Shown here: one piece after another, positions 27,180 to 36,813 of the stretch | Layout of the letters: the number at the start of each line of letters is the position of its first letter | Position numbering within the stretch: the first letter of the stretch is position 1 | Source: Alistipes sp. | GTDB taxonomy: Bacteria > Bacteroidota > Bacteroidia > Bacteroidales > Rikenellaceae | Assembly: GCA_017507075.1 (NCBI GenBank) | Contig: JAFWBN010000092.1 | Span: 1-43,026 of the forward strand | Direction of reading: 5' to 3' | DNA: 43,026 nucleotides | Program-made: the position numbers and the translations under genes | Notes under the pieces: generated by a model | Seen by the model: only the letters and a program-made list of their open reading frames with translations | Databases searched by the model: none | Told to the model about the DNA's origin: nothing

Positions 27180-30100
27180 ATGAAGAATCTAAGACATCTT
27201 TTGATTGGCGGCTTGGCTATTTTGGCTGCAGCGTGTTCACACTATGAAGATGAGGTATTTACACCTATCGTGGACACAAACACAGGTGCAGGAACAGGTC
27301 ATTTGAGCAGTTTCTGTGCTGCAAATGAACTAACAAACTCTGAAGGCTCCCGTGCGGGTATTGACGAGGATAACACCTCTATTTGGCACAACAGCGATGA
27401 TGTTACCGTTGTGCGTTTCGATTCGGCAGACACAGCTCCTGTATTGGTTGACTGCCAGACTATCGAGAACTCTCTTTCTGAGGATAGAAAGAGTATTACT
27501 TTCTACTGCATGTCCAACTCTAACGACAACGAAGATGATAACTTCATCTACGAGGAGGGTGGCGAGCAGTATGCACTCTATACTGATGCAAGTTGCACTG
27601 AGGCAACCAATTTTGCAGGCGGACAGAGTGGTACTCGTAAATTCAAGGTTGATCTTCCAGACCAGAAGTTGCAGAGCGAGACTCAATTCCACTATCCTAT
27701 GCTTGTAGGTCGTTGGAACGAGGCAGAGCAGATGTTCTTCTTTAAGAATCCGCTTGCAACTATCAAACTTACTCTCAAAGCACCTGCCGGCGAGACCTAT
27801 CATCTCCGCTCTATATCTATTACAGGTCGCAACTCTGAGCACATGTGGGGCAATGCAACCATTACTGCAAGCTCTACAGGCGATAGCTCCATTGCCTTTG
27901 ACAATGATGATGCAACATACTACGCATCTATGGACTGCTTGCAGACTGTAGAGGATGGCGAGGGTAGCACAAAGCAGGGTTTTGCTGTAACCGATGCAGG
28001 AGCAACTTTCTATGTTGCAATTCCTGCTCAGGCATACTCTCGCGGTCTTAATATCTCGCTTATCTGCGACGAGGGTGTTATGGATCAGACACTTAAGACT
28101 TCAGGTATTACTGTTGCTGCAAATCAGTTGCTTGTAACCCCTGCTCTTACAATGAATCTTGACACAAGCGGCATCTATACTGCTATGCTTCGTTGTACAG
28201 ACTCTACAATTGGTGTTGCATGGACTACTCTTGCAAGCAATGCCCCTTATCTGAGTCAGGTTTTGCCAGAGTCAGGAATCATTAACCACGATACAGAGAA
28301 GACAAAGACCTACAAGATAGCCCTCTATAAGGACTCAGCATGTTCAAATCTTCTTGTCAGCTGGCTTATTGTAGGCAATAAGATTAAAAATGCAAGTGGT
28401 ACTTGGGAAACACTCTTCTCAAACAATTATCCTCAGCGATTTGTATTCTCAGGTCTTGAGCCTGCAACAACTTACTACTTTACTGTTACAGCCGATGGTG
28501 CAACCTCTAAGGCACGCGCTATTACAACTTTAGACAAGGCATATACAGGTACAGTTACAACTTCTGGTGCAAAGGCTGGTAATACTATCCTCTTTGAGAA
28601 CTTTGCGGACTGTATTATGGGTGGTGATATAACTACTCGCAGTGCTGGTTACTCAAGCTATAAGCGTGGTTCATATACAACTCTTGCAGCAGCAACTGCT
28701 ACAGGCGAAACACCTACAATTAAAGATGCTGCTACAGGCGAGTATAACGAGTTCTATGTCTGCGGTGGCTCAACCGAGATGGGTCTGTTCAATACAATCC
28801 ACAATTTGGTATCACCTATGGGTCTTAGCAGTTGGTCTTGGTATGCCGATGGAGATAAAGTTGGCACAGTTTTGTCTCGTGCAGGCTACCTTAAGCTTGG
28901 TATAACAAACTATAGAGCTGCTGTTGTAACCCCAGCTCTTACCGCTCTTGGCAGCAATGTGGCTACTATCCGCGTTAAGTTTAAGGCTTGCCCTTATGGC
29001 GGAGCTACAATAGACGAGGCAGAGAAGAGTATCGCAGTACGCCTGCTTGACGGCGGTACAGTAAGCACAGCTTCTGCATCATACAACTTACTTAGTGGAC
29101 ATACCGTTGTCAACAGCCAGCCTATACTTTTGGAGGGTAATCAGACTACTTGGAAAGAGTACGAGGTTGTGTTTGCGGGTGCATCGAAGAGCTCTCGCAT
29201 CGCCTTTGACGGCAATCGTGATGCAGGCTCAACAAACCGCTTTATGATTGACGATATACAGGTAATTGTAGAGAGTATTGATGGTGTTTCTGCCGCTTTG
29301 GTGCGTGCAACAGATACCACAATTGCTGTTGGTTGGACAGAGACCACTAAAAATATTCCATATCTCAGTGTACTGAACACCAGCACTTTAACAGCTGCAT
29401 TGGATTTCACAACCGATATTACTAAAGTTTGGGAGGCAGGTATCTACTCAGATGCTGCATGTACTAAGCCTGTTCAGGTTGTTCAGAATCTATCAAAAGA
29501 CAAAGCTGGCGACGCTCTCTATACAGACTATAAGAGTGGACGAGTACCTCGTTTTACCTTCAATGGTCTGACTCCAGATACGACATACTATGTAATGATT
29601 AAGAACACCACAGATTCTAAGCAGATGGGTTCTGCTCTTGAGGTTAAGACATTGCCTTCTGTAGCTGATGCATCTGCAGTTGTAACTGAGGCAGGAACTG
29701 CTAAAGCTGGCGACCTTATTCTCTTCCAGAACTTTGCTCTGCTCTCCGGATTCTGTGATTTGGGTTCTAACTCTACAGGTTATTATTTTAGCGGCCATGC
29801 ATCAGCTGAGTCTCAACCATTTGTAGAGGGAACTATGGCTTGTGGCAAAGGGTATGATGGTCGTTATCTATATGCCGTATCTCCTTCATCAAGCGGTGCA
29901 GGAATGTTCTCATCTTGGGAGCATTGCGCTGAGGCTGTAGGCATGCTCGGTTGGGGTTGGTATGGAGATAAAGATGGTGCAGCAGGCGACTCTGTTGGTC
30001 TTTTCTCTGGCTGTGCAAAGATTGGTACAGCAGATAACACATCAACTATATACACTCCACAGCTCTCTGCTCTGCCAGGAACTGCAACTGTTCGCGTAAC

Positions 30101-33100
30101 TTTCCGTGCTGCGCCTTATGGTTCTCCTGCTAATCCTGTATCCACATCAGATCACCGCGGGTTCAAGGTTACAGCTCTTGACGGTGCATCAATTGAGGAT
30201 TATGACGGCACTACAGACGGCTCAAGCTACAAGGTTACAGGCGGAACTGTTATTGACTCTAAGGAATTTACATTTGACGAAAACCAGACCAATACAGATT
30301 GGAAAGAGTACACCGTTGACTTAGTTAATGTAACCCCTACAACCAGAATTGGAATTGGTGGTAATGCAACCAAAAAAACAAACCGTTTTATAGTTGACGA
30401 TATCCGTGTTGAAGTTCTCTCTATTTCAAACGGTATTTGGACAGGACTTGTACGCGCTACAGATACAACCCTTAATATTGGTTGGACAATTACCAAGAGT
30501 AACACAGAGTCAGATTACTTCACATCACTCTTCCCTAACGACCCTGCAAAGAATGCTCTTGACCACAATGGTTATGACAAGGAGAACTATACCATATATT
30601 TATATAAGGACTCTGCTTGCACCGATTTGGAGTTCCAGGGCGATTTTGGTGGTGCCTTCTTCCGTGAAGGTAGTGAGGGAGCATACTCTTACTTCCCTTG
30701 CCGATTTACTTTCGGTGGTCTTGAGCCAAATACAACCTACTACTTCAAGGTCAAGGATAAGCTTACAGGCAAGACAACCGACGCTGTACCATATACAACC
30801 CTGCCAAAGGCATTTGAGGGCAACCCTGTGGTATCTTCGGCTGTTGTAGGAAATGTGCTGGTATTTGAAAACTTCGGTAAAGTTCTCTACGCCGGCGACT
30901 TTGCAAACTATGGAGCAGGTTACAACCGTTCTAACCTCTCTGCAGCTAAGGTTAACTGCAAGGCTACAGGTAAGGTTAGTTGGTCTGCACAGACTATTGA
31001 TGGCGAGGCTGTTGACTTTGGTCGTTGCGATGCAAATACTGAGCATCAGCTCTTTGCAACATGTAACGGATTGCTTGATGACATGGGTCTTGATGATTGG
31101 GGTTATATCTCAACCGACTCTTTGAGCCGTGTACATATTCAACCGGGATACTTGAAGATTGGAGGTAGCAGCCAGCTTGCAGCTATTGTTACACCTCAGC
31201 TTACAGGTCTATCAACCTCTAAACTCTCTAAGGTAGAGGTATCTTTCAAGGCTTGTAATTTCACTACTCAGAACTACAACCACTCTGTAAAAGAGGATTA
31301 TGTTGTTGTTTATGGCATTACAGGTGCATCTATCAAGCCTCTTACAGATGCTACAATGCCTGGTTATGTATATGGCGGATATAATAGCGATGCTGTAAGC
31401 CTTACTCTTGACAACAATCCGGGCGTATGGAAGGAATATAAAGTAACCCTTGACGGTATCTCCGGCGACAGCCGTATTGCTATTGGTGGATGCCGTACTA
31501 CAGCAGGTAACTCTCGCTTCTTTATCGATGATATTAAGGTAACTGTCAAAGAGATTGGTCAGACCGTAATTACAGGTAAAGTATCTGCTCGCGCAGCCGA
31601 CGGCGGCGCAGGAGTTGCAAATGTTGCTGTAACAGATGGTTATACAACAGTTCTTACCGACGCAAATGGTAATTACAAGATTCCTTACACCAAAAAACCT
31701 GAGTATATCTACTACAGCACCCCTCACAACTACGAGATTGGTCGTAAGAGTGCAGGTGTCCCTGTTCAATATTTAGCATTTACAGCAGGTACATACACAG
31801 GTTATAACTTTACACTCGGTCCAAAGATGAAGGCCTCAACCCATGAGAACTTCAACGACGCAACAGACAAGTTTGACAAGTGGTTCCTCTTTGTAATGGC
31901 TGACCCACAGACTCATAACAGTGCAGATGATAACTGTTACAACCGTTTTGTTAAAACTGCCGTTCCTGATATTAGAGCGCAGGTTACTCGCGGCTACAAC
32001 AGTGCTATCGACTCTGATGCCGGTCTAAACCAGGCTTATGGAGTGCTTCTTGGTGATGTTGTTTGGGACTCTTCAGACGATGAATATCACAAACAGATGA
32101 AGGCTGTGCTTGAGGTAGGCGATACCGGTGTATATTGGTTTGCTTGCCCAGGAAACCATGACTACAACTATGACACTCGCTCAATTGCAGGCTTTAAGAG
32201 CGTATATGGTCCAACTCGCCACTCATTTAACCGCGGTGATGTTCATGTTGTTTGTATGAACAATGTGCAATATACATCTAAAACATCGTACGAGGGTGGA
32301 TTCTCTGAGGATGAGTTTAATTGGTTGCGTTCAGACCTTGCTGCTGTAAGTAAGGATAAGTGCGTTGTTCTCTGCTGCCATATCCAGTTCTTCGGTGGAG
32401 GTAGCGGTACTCACCTTAAGAGTCGCTATCACGATGAGACTCTGGCTGAGTTGAGTAAGTTTGAGCATGCTTATATCTTTACAGGCCACCGCCATAACCA
32501 CCGCTCATACTACCACAAAGATTATGGTGTATTTGAGGTTAACCACCCTGCAGGTTGTGGTCAGTTCTGGAATACTAAGTGCTGCTCTGATGGTACTCCT
32601 GCAGGCTATACACTCTATACATTTAAGGGTAATGACATCTCTCACCAGCGATATAAGGCGTTTGGAACTAATGGCTCTGGCGATGTTACAGCCGATGGTA
32701 AGGGTGAAACCGAGAACGGTCTGCGCGTTTATTGGGCTGCTGACCAGATTTACAACACCGCAAACCAGATTGACCGCTACACTTGGGGACACACAAACAA
32801 AAAGGTAATTATTGCCAATGTATTTATGGCACACCAGCAAGGTGGCCCTGCCGGAACTATTGCGGGAGACTGGAAGGTTCAGATGTCTTACGACTCAGGT
32901 AAAACTTGGGTAGATATGGCTCTTGTAGATACAAGTTTCTTCCGTCATAGTGTTCCTGGTGGTCTTAACGGCTTTACATATGGTGAAGACTTCGACTATA
33001 AGACATATATCGTAGATGCTGCAGGTAATAATATGAATAGCAGCAAATATGATGGCACTGCAGCTGGTGTTCGTGGCGATATTGACTGGTGGTATTGGGC

Positions 33101-33377
33101 TAAGGCTCTTGAGAAGAATAACCACCCAGGACTTATCAGCCGCAAAACGGGAGCATCAACTGTACTTGGAAATGCTTGGAACTATGCAAATACCTCTTCG
33201 CATATCTTCCGTGCGTCAGTTGCAACCGAATACGCAGATAGAGCAGCTGTTAATGCCGATATTAAGAGTGGTAAGCTGATTATCAAGGCTACCTCTCCAA
33301 CCGGTGTTACATACAAGGCCGACCAGCTGACCTACTTTGATGTAAACGACAATACACTACTCCAGTGGGCTGACTAA
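27180..33377 (+). CDS. Giant multidomain lipoprotein: fimbrillin-like N-terminus, three FN3-like plus beta-sandwich repeats, and a calcineurin-like phosphoesterase
   Basis: Start at ATG 27180 (MKNLRH), lipobox LAAAC, GSR-A site. Three ~370-380 aa repeats (TDxTIxVxWT...GLxPxTTYY...F(E/Q)NF...WKEY...RFxxDDI); VAVTDG, ADPQ, LGD, GNHD and GHRH motifs. Confidence 0.82.
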   Translation: MKNLRHLLIGGLAILAAACSHYEDEVFTPIVDTNTGAGTGHLSSFCAANELTNSEGSRAGIDEDNTSIWHNSDDVTVVRFDSADTAPVLVDCQTIENSLSEDRKSITFYCMSNSNDNEDDNFIYEEGGEQYALYTDASCTEATNFAGGQSGTRKFKVDLPDQKLQSETQFHYPMLVGRWNEAEQMFFFKNPLATIKLTLKAPAGETYHLRSISITGRNSEHMWGNATITASSTGDSSIAFDNDDATYYASMDCLQTVEDGEGSTKQGFAVTDAGATFYVAIPAQAYSRGLNISLICDEGVMDQTLKTSGITVAANQLLVTPALTMNLDTSGIYTAMLRCTDSTIGVAWTTLASNAPYLSQVLPESGIINHDTEKTKTYKIALYKDSACSNLLVSWLIVGNKIKNASGTWETLFSNNYPQRFVFSGLEPATTYYFTVTADGATSKARAITTLDKAYTGTVTTSGAKAGNTILFENFADCIMGGDITTRSAGYSSYKRGSYTTLAAATATGETPTIKDAATGEYNEFYVCGGSTEMGLFNTIHNLVSPMGLSSWSWYADGDKVGTVLSRAGYLKLGITNYRAAVVTPALTALGSNVATIRVKFKACPYGGATIDEAEKSIAVRLLDGGTVSTASASYNLLSGHTVVNSQPILLEGNQTTWKEYEVVFAGASKSSRIAFDGNRDAGSTNRFMIDDIQVIVESIDGVSAALVRATDTTIAVGWTETTKNIPYLSVLNTSTLTAALDFTTDITKVWEAGIYSDAACTKPVQVVQNLSKDKAGDALYTDYKSGRVPRFTFNGLTPDTTYYVMIKNTTDSKQMGSALEVKTLPSVADASAVVTEAGTAKAGDLILFQNFALLSGFCDLGSNSTGYYFSGHASAESQPFVEGTMACGKGYDGRYLYAVSPSSSGAGMFSSWEHCAEAVGMLGWGWYGDKDGAAGDSVGLFSGCAKIGTADNTSTIYTPQLSALPGTATVRVTFRAAPYGSPANPVSTSDHRGFKVTALDGASIEDYDGTTDGSSYKVTGGTVIDSKEFTFDENQTNTDWKEYTVDLVNVTPTTRIGIGGNATKKTNRFIVDDIRVEVLSISNGIWTGLVRATDTTLNIGWTITKSNTESDYFTSLFPNDPAKNALDHNGYDKENYTIYLYKDSACTDLEFQGDFGGAFFREGSEGAYSYFPCRFTFGGLEPNTTYYFKVKDKLTGKTTDAVPYTTLPKAFEGNPVVSSAVVGNVLVFENFGKVLYAGDFANYGAGYNRSNLSAAKVNCKATGKVSWSAQTIDGEAVDFGRCDANTEHQLFATCNGLLDDMGLDDWGYISTDSLSRVHIQPGYLKIGGSSQLAAIVTPQLTGLSTSKLSKVEVSFKACNFTTQNYNHSVKEDYVVVYGITGASIKPLTDATMPGYVYGGYNSDAVSLTLDNNPGVWKEYKVTLDGISGDSRIAIGGCRTTAGNSRFFIDDIKVTVKEIGQTVITGKVSARAADGGAGVANVAVTDGYTTVLTDANGNYKIPYTKKPEYIYYSTPHNYEIGRKSAGVPVQYLAFTAGTYTGYNFTLGPKMKASTHENFNDATDKFDKWFLFVMADPQTHNSADDNCYNRFVKTAVPDIRAQVTRGYNSAIDSDAGLNQAYGVLLGDVVWDSSDDEYHKQMKAVLEVGDTGVYWFACPGNHDYNYDTRSIAGFKSVYGPTRHSFNRGDVHVVCMNNVQYTSKTSYEGGFSEDEFNWLRSDLAAVSKDKCVVLCCHIQFFGGGSGTHLKSRYHDETLAELSKFEHAYIFTGHRHNHRSYYHKDYGVFEVNHPAGCGQFWNTKCCSDGTPAGYTLYTFKGNDISHQRYKAFGTNGSGDVTADGKGETENGLRVYWAADQIYNTANQIDRYTWGHTNKKVIIANVFMAHQQGGPAGTIAGDWKVQMSYDSGKTWVDMALVDTSFFRHSVPGGLNGFTYGEDFDYKTYIVDAAGNNMNSSKYDGTAAGVRGDIDWWYWAKALEKNNHPGLISRKTGASTVLGNAWNYANTSSHIFRASVATEYADRAAVNADIKSGKLIIKATSPTGVTYKADQLTYFDVNDNTLLQWAD

Positions 33378-33391
33378 TGGCTCAATAGCGA

Positions 33392-33663
33392 CAAAATAGG
33401 GACAATTAAGGTCTCTAAGGACGGCGCACTAAAAATCCGGCACAGGCATCGAGCCTACGCCGGATTTCTGCTTTGCAGAAGGGAGGTTAAATGACAAATA
33501 ACATTTAATGACAATAAATAACAGCGGGCTAAAGCCCTTAATACTGCGCGCAAAGCGCGCTATTCTATGCCATTTAGGGCTGAAAGCCCGTTGCTATTAA
33601 ATGTCATTTTTATCTCCGTCGCTCAATTAAAGTTCAACCTCCGCCAAATTCACGACAAATTAT
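33392..33663. repeat. Composite REP/MITE-like repeat, copy 2; its palindrome could act as a terminator
   Basis: Near-identical to 26592-26817 with extra inserted modules; ends on the rhaA stop codon. Confidence 0.88.
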
Positions 33664-34913
33664 CGTTTTATTGTTACTTCCCTCTCATACTGTTGAATAT
33701 CTGCTATAAACTCCTCGCCCACAGGCACTCCGTTCTTTAGGCAGAACATATCCCACACGGCTGTCCATGGAAGGGATTTGCACTCCTCAAGCAGTGCAAG
33801 ACGCTCAAAGCCCTTACCTGCAAGTTCATACTCACGAAGGGTTGCAATAGGCTCCAAAAGTGCCTGCAACATACACTTCTGAGTTGCGCGTGAGCCGATA
33901 ACATAGGCTCCAATACGGTTTATAGAGGCATCAAAGTAGTCCAAACCGATATGTACCCTATCTAAAGCATTGCAACGGGTAATCTCCTTACAGAGTTCAA
34001 GGGTCTCGTCGTTGATAATTGTAACATGGTCTGAATCCCAACGAACAGGGCGTGAAACATGCAACATAACCTCTGGAGTATAGAGTAGCAGCGACGAAAT
34101 TTTATCTGCGATGCTCTCGGTTGGGTGGAAGTGGCCCGTATCGAGGGTTACAATCTTTCCGCGTGATGCGCCATAACCGATATAGAAGTCATTAGAGCCG
34201 ACAGTATAGCTCTCCAAACCGATACCAAAGACCTTAGACTCGATGCAATCCTTCATGTTTTTATAATCAACTGCAAAAATCTGGTCCAAAGAGTCCTTGA
34301 GCAGTTCACGATAGTACATACGGTTGACCGTCAAGTCCTTAGAGCCGTCATGTACCCATATATTCATAATACAAGGGTCGTTTTGAGCCACACCCATAGC
34401 CTCGGCAATAGCACGGCATCGCTTTGTATGCTCAATCCAGAAACTACGAATCTCCGGGTCAGGATTAGAGAGGCTTAAGTCGCCAGATTTTGGGTGTGAG
34501 AAGGATGTAGAGTTGAAATCGAGCTTCATATTATTCTGCTTTGCCCAATCAATCCAACTCTGGAAATGGCACACCTCAACCTGATTACGGTCAACAAAGG
34601 TATTACCAAAATCTCCGTAAATCTCATGCAGATTTAGACGATGATTTCCAGGAATCAGCGATGCAGCCTTAAGAATATCTTGGCGCAACTCATCAATGTT
34701 TCTGGCTCTACCTGGATAGTTTCCCGTTGCCTGAATACCACCCGACAAAGCTCCAACTTGTGGCTCGAAACCCACCACATCATCAGCCTGCCAGCAGTGC
34801 AATGAGAGTTGAATTTTCTGTAATTGCTCCAAAGCTGCATCAGTATCGACACCTATAGCTTGGTAGCGTTCTTTGGCTAAAAGATAAGCCTTTTCGATAA
34901 GTTCTGTTCTCAT
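33660..34913 (-). CDS. rhaA: L-rhamnose isomerase
   Basis: SLHCWQADDV, TGNYPGRAR, ESKVFGIGLESYTVGS, DTGHFHPTE, HVSRPVRWDSDHV and GLDYFDASINR motifs. Confidence 0.97.
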   Translation of the reverse strand: MRTELIEKAYLLAKERYQAIGVDTDAALEQLQKIQLSLHCWQADDVVGFEPQVGALSGGIQATGNYPGRARNIDELRQDILKAASLIPGNHRLNLHEIYGDFGNTFVDRNQVEVCHFQSWIDWAKQNNMKLDFNSTSFSHPKSGDLSLSNPDPEIRSFWIEHTKRCRAIAEAMGVAQNDPCIMNIWVHDGSKDLTVNRMYYRELLKDSLDQIFAVDYKNMKDCIESKVFGIGLESYTVGSNDFYIGYGASRGKIVTLDTGHFHPTESIADKISSLLLYTPEVMLHVSRPVRWDSDHVTIINDETLELCKEITRCNALDRVHIGLDYFDASINRIGAYVIGSRATQKCMLQALLEPIATLREYELAGKGFERLALLEECKSLPWTAVWDMFCLKNGVPVGEEFIADIQQYEREVTIKR

Positions 34914-34932
34914 ATTTTATAGTTTTAAGGTT

Positions 34933-36357
34933 TTATTTTCGAGGTGTAAAAGTCTGAGTATCAATAGACTTTCGAATTGTATGACGCATTGCACTCAAGG
35001 ACTCTGCTAACCCTGCAGCCCTTGCCTGCATCATAACATTACCCAATGCTGTAGCCTCTGTAGGCCCTGCAACAACCGTAACCCCACATGCGTCGGCAGT
35101 CATCTGATTGAGTAGTGAGTTTTGCGCGCCACCACCGATAACATGTAGCACCTTTATCTCAAATGGAGATACAGCACGCAGATTATCCAACACCTGAGCA
35201 TATTTTGCAGCAAGAGAGTCAAAAATAAGTCTAATCATCGCCGCATCATCCTCAGGAGCGTGTAGGTTATGCTCTTTGCAATACTCTAAAATCGCCTTCG
35301 GCATATCTGTTGGAGCAGCAAACTCCGCAGCATCAGGGTCTATTAAGTCCGTAGAAGGAGAGGTCTTCTCCACCATCTGCATAATCTGCGGATATGAATA
35401 CTCCTTACCATCTCTTTTCCATGAGGCACGGCACTGCTCCAAGAGCCACATGCCTGTAATATTCTTCAAAAATCGGGTTGTACCATCAACACCACCCTCG
35501 TTGGTATAATTCAGTGCAAAGGACTCCTCTGTAATTACAGGCTTCTGCAACTCCACACCCATAAGCGACCAAGTACCCGAAGAGAGATAGGCAAAACACT
35601 CATCTGCCGCAGGCACTGCCGCAACTGCCGAGCCTGTATCATGACCAGCAACAGCTATAACAGGAATTTGACCCAGACCCGTCGCCTTTGCAACATCCTC
35701 TGTCAGCACACCCACCTCTGTTCCAGGCATGACAACCTTAGGAAAGAGTCTCTTGTCCACACCCGCAACCTTAAGCAGTTGCTCATCAATGGTGCCTGTT
35801 TGCGGATTCATAAATTGAGAGGTGGAGAGAATTGTATATTCACACACCTTTTTGCCCGTCAGCATATACGACAAAGCATCAGGCATAAAAAGCAGTGTAT
35901 CAGCATGTTTTAGAGCCGATGACCCCTCTCTGTTTAGAGCAAAGAGCTGAAAAAGAGAGTTGAAGTTCATAATCTGAATACCCGTGCGGCCATAGACCTC
36001 CTCGCGTGAACATTGCTCAAAAAAGGCCTCCGGAGCACCGTTTGTGTATGGGTCTCTATAGGCGCGTGGTAAAGAGAGCAGCGTGCCATCTTCAGCCACA
36101 AAAACAAAATCTACACCCCAAGTGTCAATACCAATAGAGGTAATTGCAAGTTGTCGCCTGCCCGCAAGCGTCAATCCATGCAAAATCTGCTCGTAAAGAC
36201 CGTAAATATTCCAATAATATTTGCCCCCAACCTCAAGCAACCTATTCTCAAAGCGATGCAACACCTCCAAATCAATATGATTCTCACTGAGAGTCGCCAA
36301 AATCACTCGCCCGCTTGTCGCCCCTAAATCTATCGCCAAAAAGTAACTCTTTTTCAT
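34933..36357 (-). CDS. rhaB: Rhamnulokinase (start may be 36366)
   Basis: AIDLGATSGR, IGIDTWGVDF, GHDTGSAV, SSGTWSLMG, YTNEGG and GPTEATALGN motifs. Confidence 0.95.
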   Translation of the reverse strand: MKKSYFLAIDLGATSGRVILATLSENHIDLEVLHRFENRLLEVGGKYYWNIYGLYEQILHGLTLAGRRQLAITSIGIDTWGVDFVFVAEDGTLLSLPRAYRDPYTNGAPEAFFEQCSREEVYGRTGIQIMNFNSLFQLFALNREGSSALKHADTLLFMPDALSYMLTGKKVCEYTILSTSQFMNPQTGTIDEQLLKVAGVDKRLFPKVVMPGTEVGVLTEDVAKATGLGQIPVIAVAGHDTGSAVAAVPAADECFAYLSSGTWSLMGVELQKPVITEESFALNYTNEGGVDGTTRFLKNITGMWLLEQCRASWKRDGKEYSYPQIMQMVEKTSPSTDLIDPDAAEFAAPTDMPKAILEYCKEHNLHAPEDDAAMIRLIFDSLAAKYAQVLDNLRAVSPFEIKVLHVIGGGAQNSLLNQMTADACGVTVVAGPTEATALGNVMMQARAAGLAESLSAMRHTIRKSIDTQTFTPRK

Positions 36358-36400
36358 AGCCTCCATATACCCTTTATTACACAATACAAGTTGTCATTTA

Positions 36401-36424
36401 CAAATATAGTAAAAATATGACAAA
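36401..36424 (-). promoter_or_regulatory. Putative promoter of rhaBA
   Basis: TATATTTG on the minus strand at 36401-36408, with T-rich upstream sequence. Confidence 0.5.
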
Positions 36425-36436
36425 AAAAACGACAAC

Positions 36437-36630
36437 TGCCCGCTTTTTCGAGAAAAAGCAGGGCGTGCAAAAAGCTTTCAGCAAAAACTTCGTTTTTGGG
36501 CGTGTGCGGATTTAGGATAGCCTTGCAGCTATTACGCTAAAAAATAGAGTCCTTTTCACTTTCAAACAAGTTTGAGTGAAGGACTCTATTTTTCATCGCA
36601 CCATCTTCGATGGTGTTCCCTAAATCCGAG
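36437..36630. repeat. Multi-hairpin palindromic element
   Basis: CGGATTTAGG(36507)/CCTAAATCCG(36619) encloses AAAAATAGAGTCCTT...AAGGACTCTATTTTT and CACCATC/GATGGTG; an adjacent GCTTTTTC-GAGAAAAAGC hairpin lies upstream. Confidence 0.7.
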
Positions 36631-36659
36631 TACAGCAAAACTTAGTTTGTTCTGTTGGT

Positions 36660-36813
36660 GCGCTATTCTATGCCATTGAGGGCTGAAAGCCCGTTGCTAT
36701 TAAATGTCATTTGTCATTATTCCGCGCGCTGTCCTTAGTGTCTCTAAGGACTCTAGGGTCTCTAAGGTCCTTAGGGCCGCGCGCCAAGATTAAAGCACCA
36801 CTTCCGCCAAATT
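36660..36813. repeat. Composite REP/MITE-like repeat joining the GGGCTGAAAGCCC module and the 9-bp tandem module
   Basis: Shares modules with the 26.7 kb, 33.56 kb and 16.25 kb copies; ends at CCGCCAAATT abutting the pullulanase stop codon. Confidence 0.8.
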
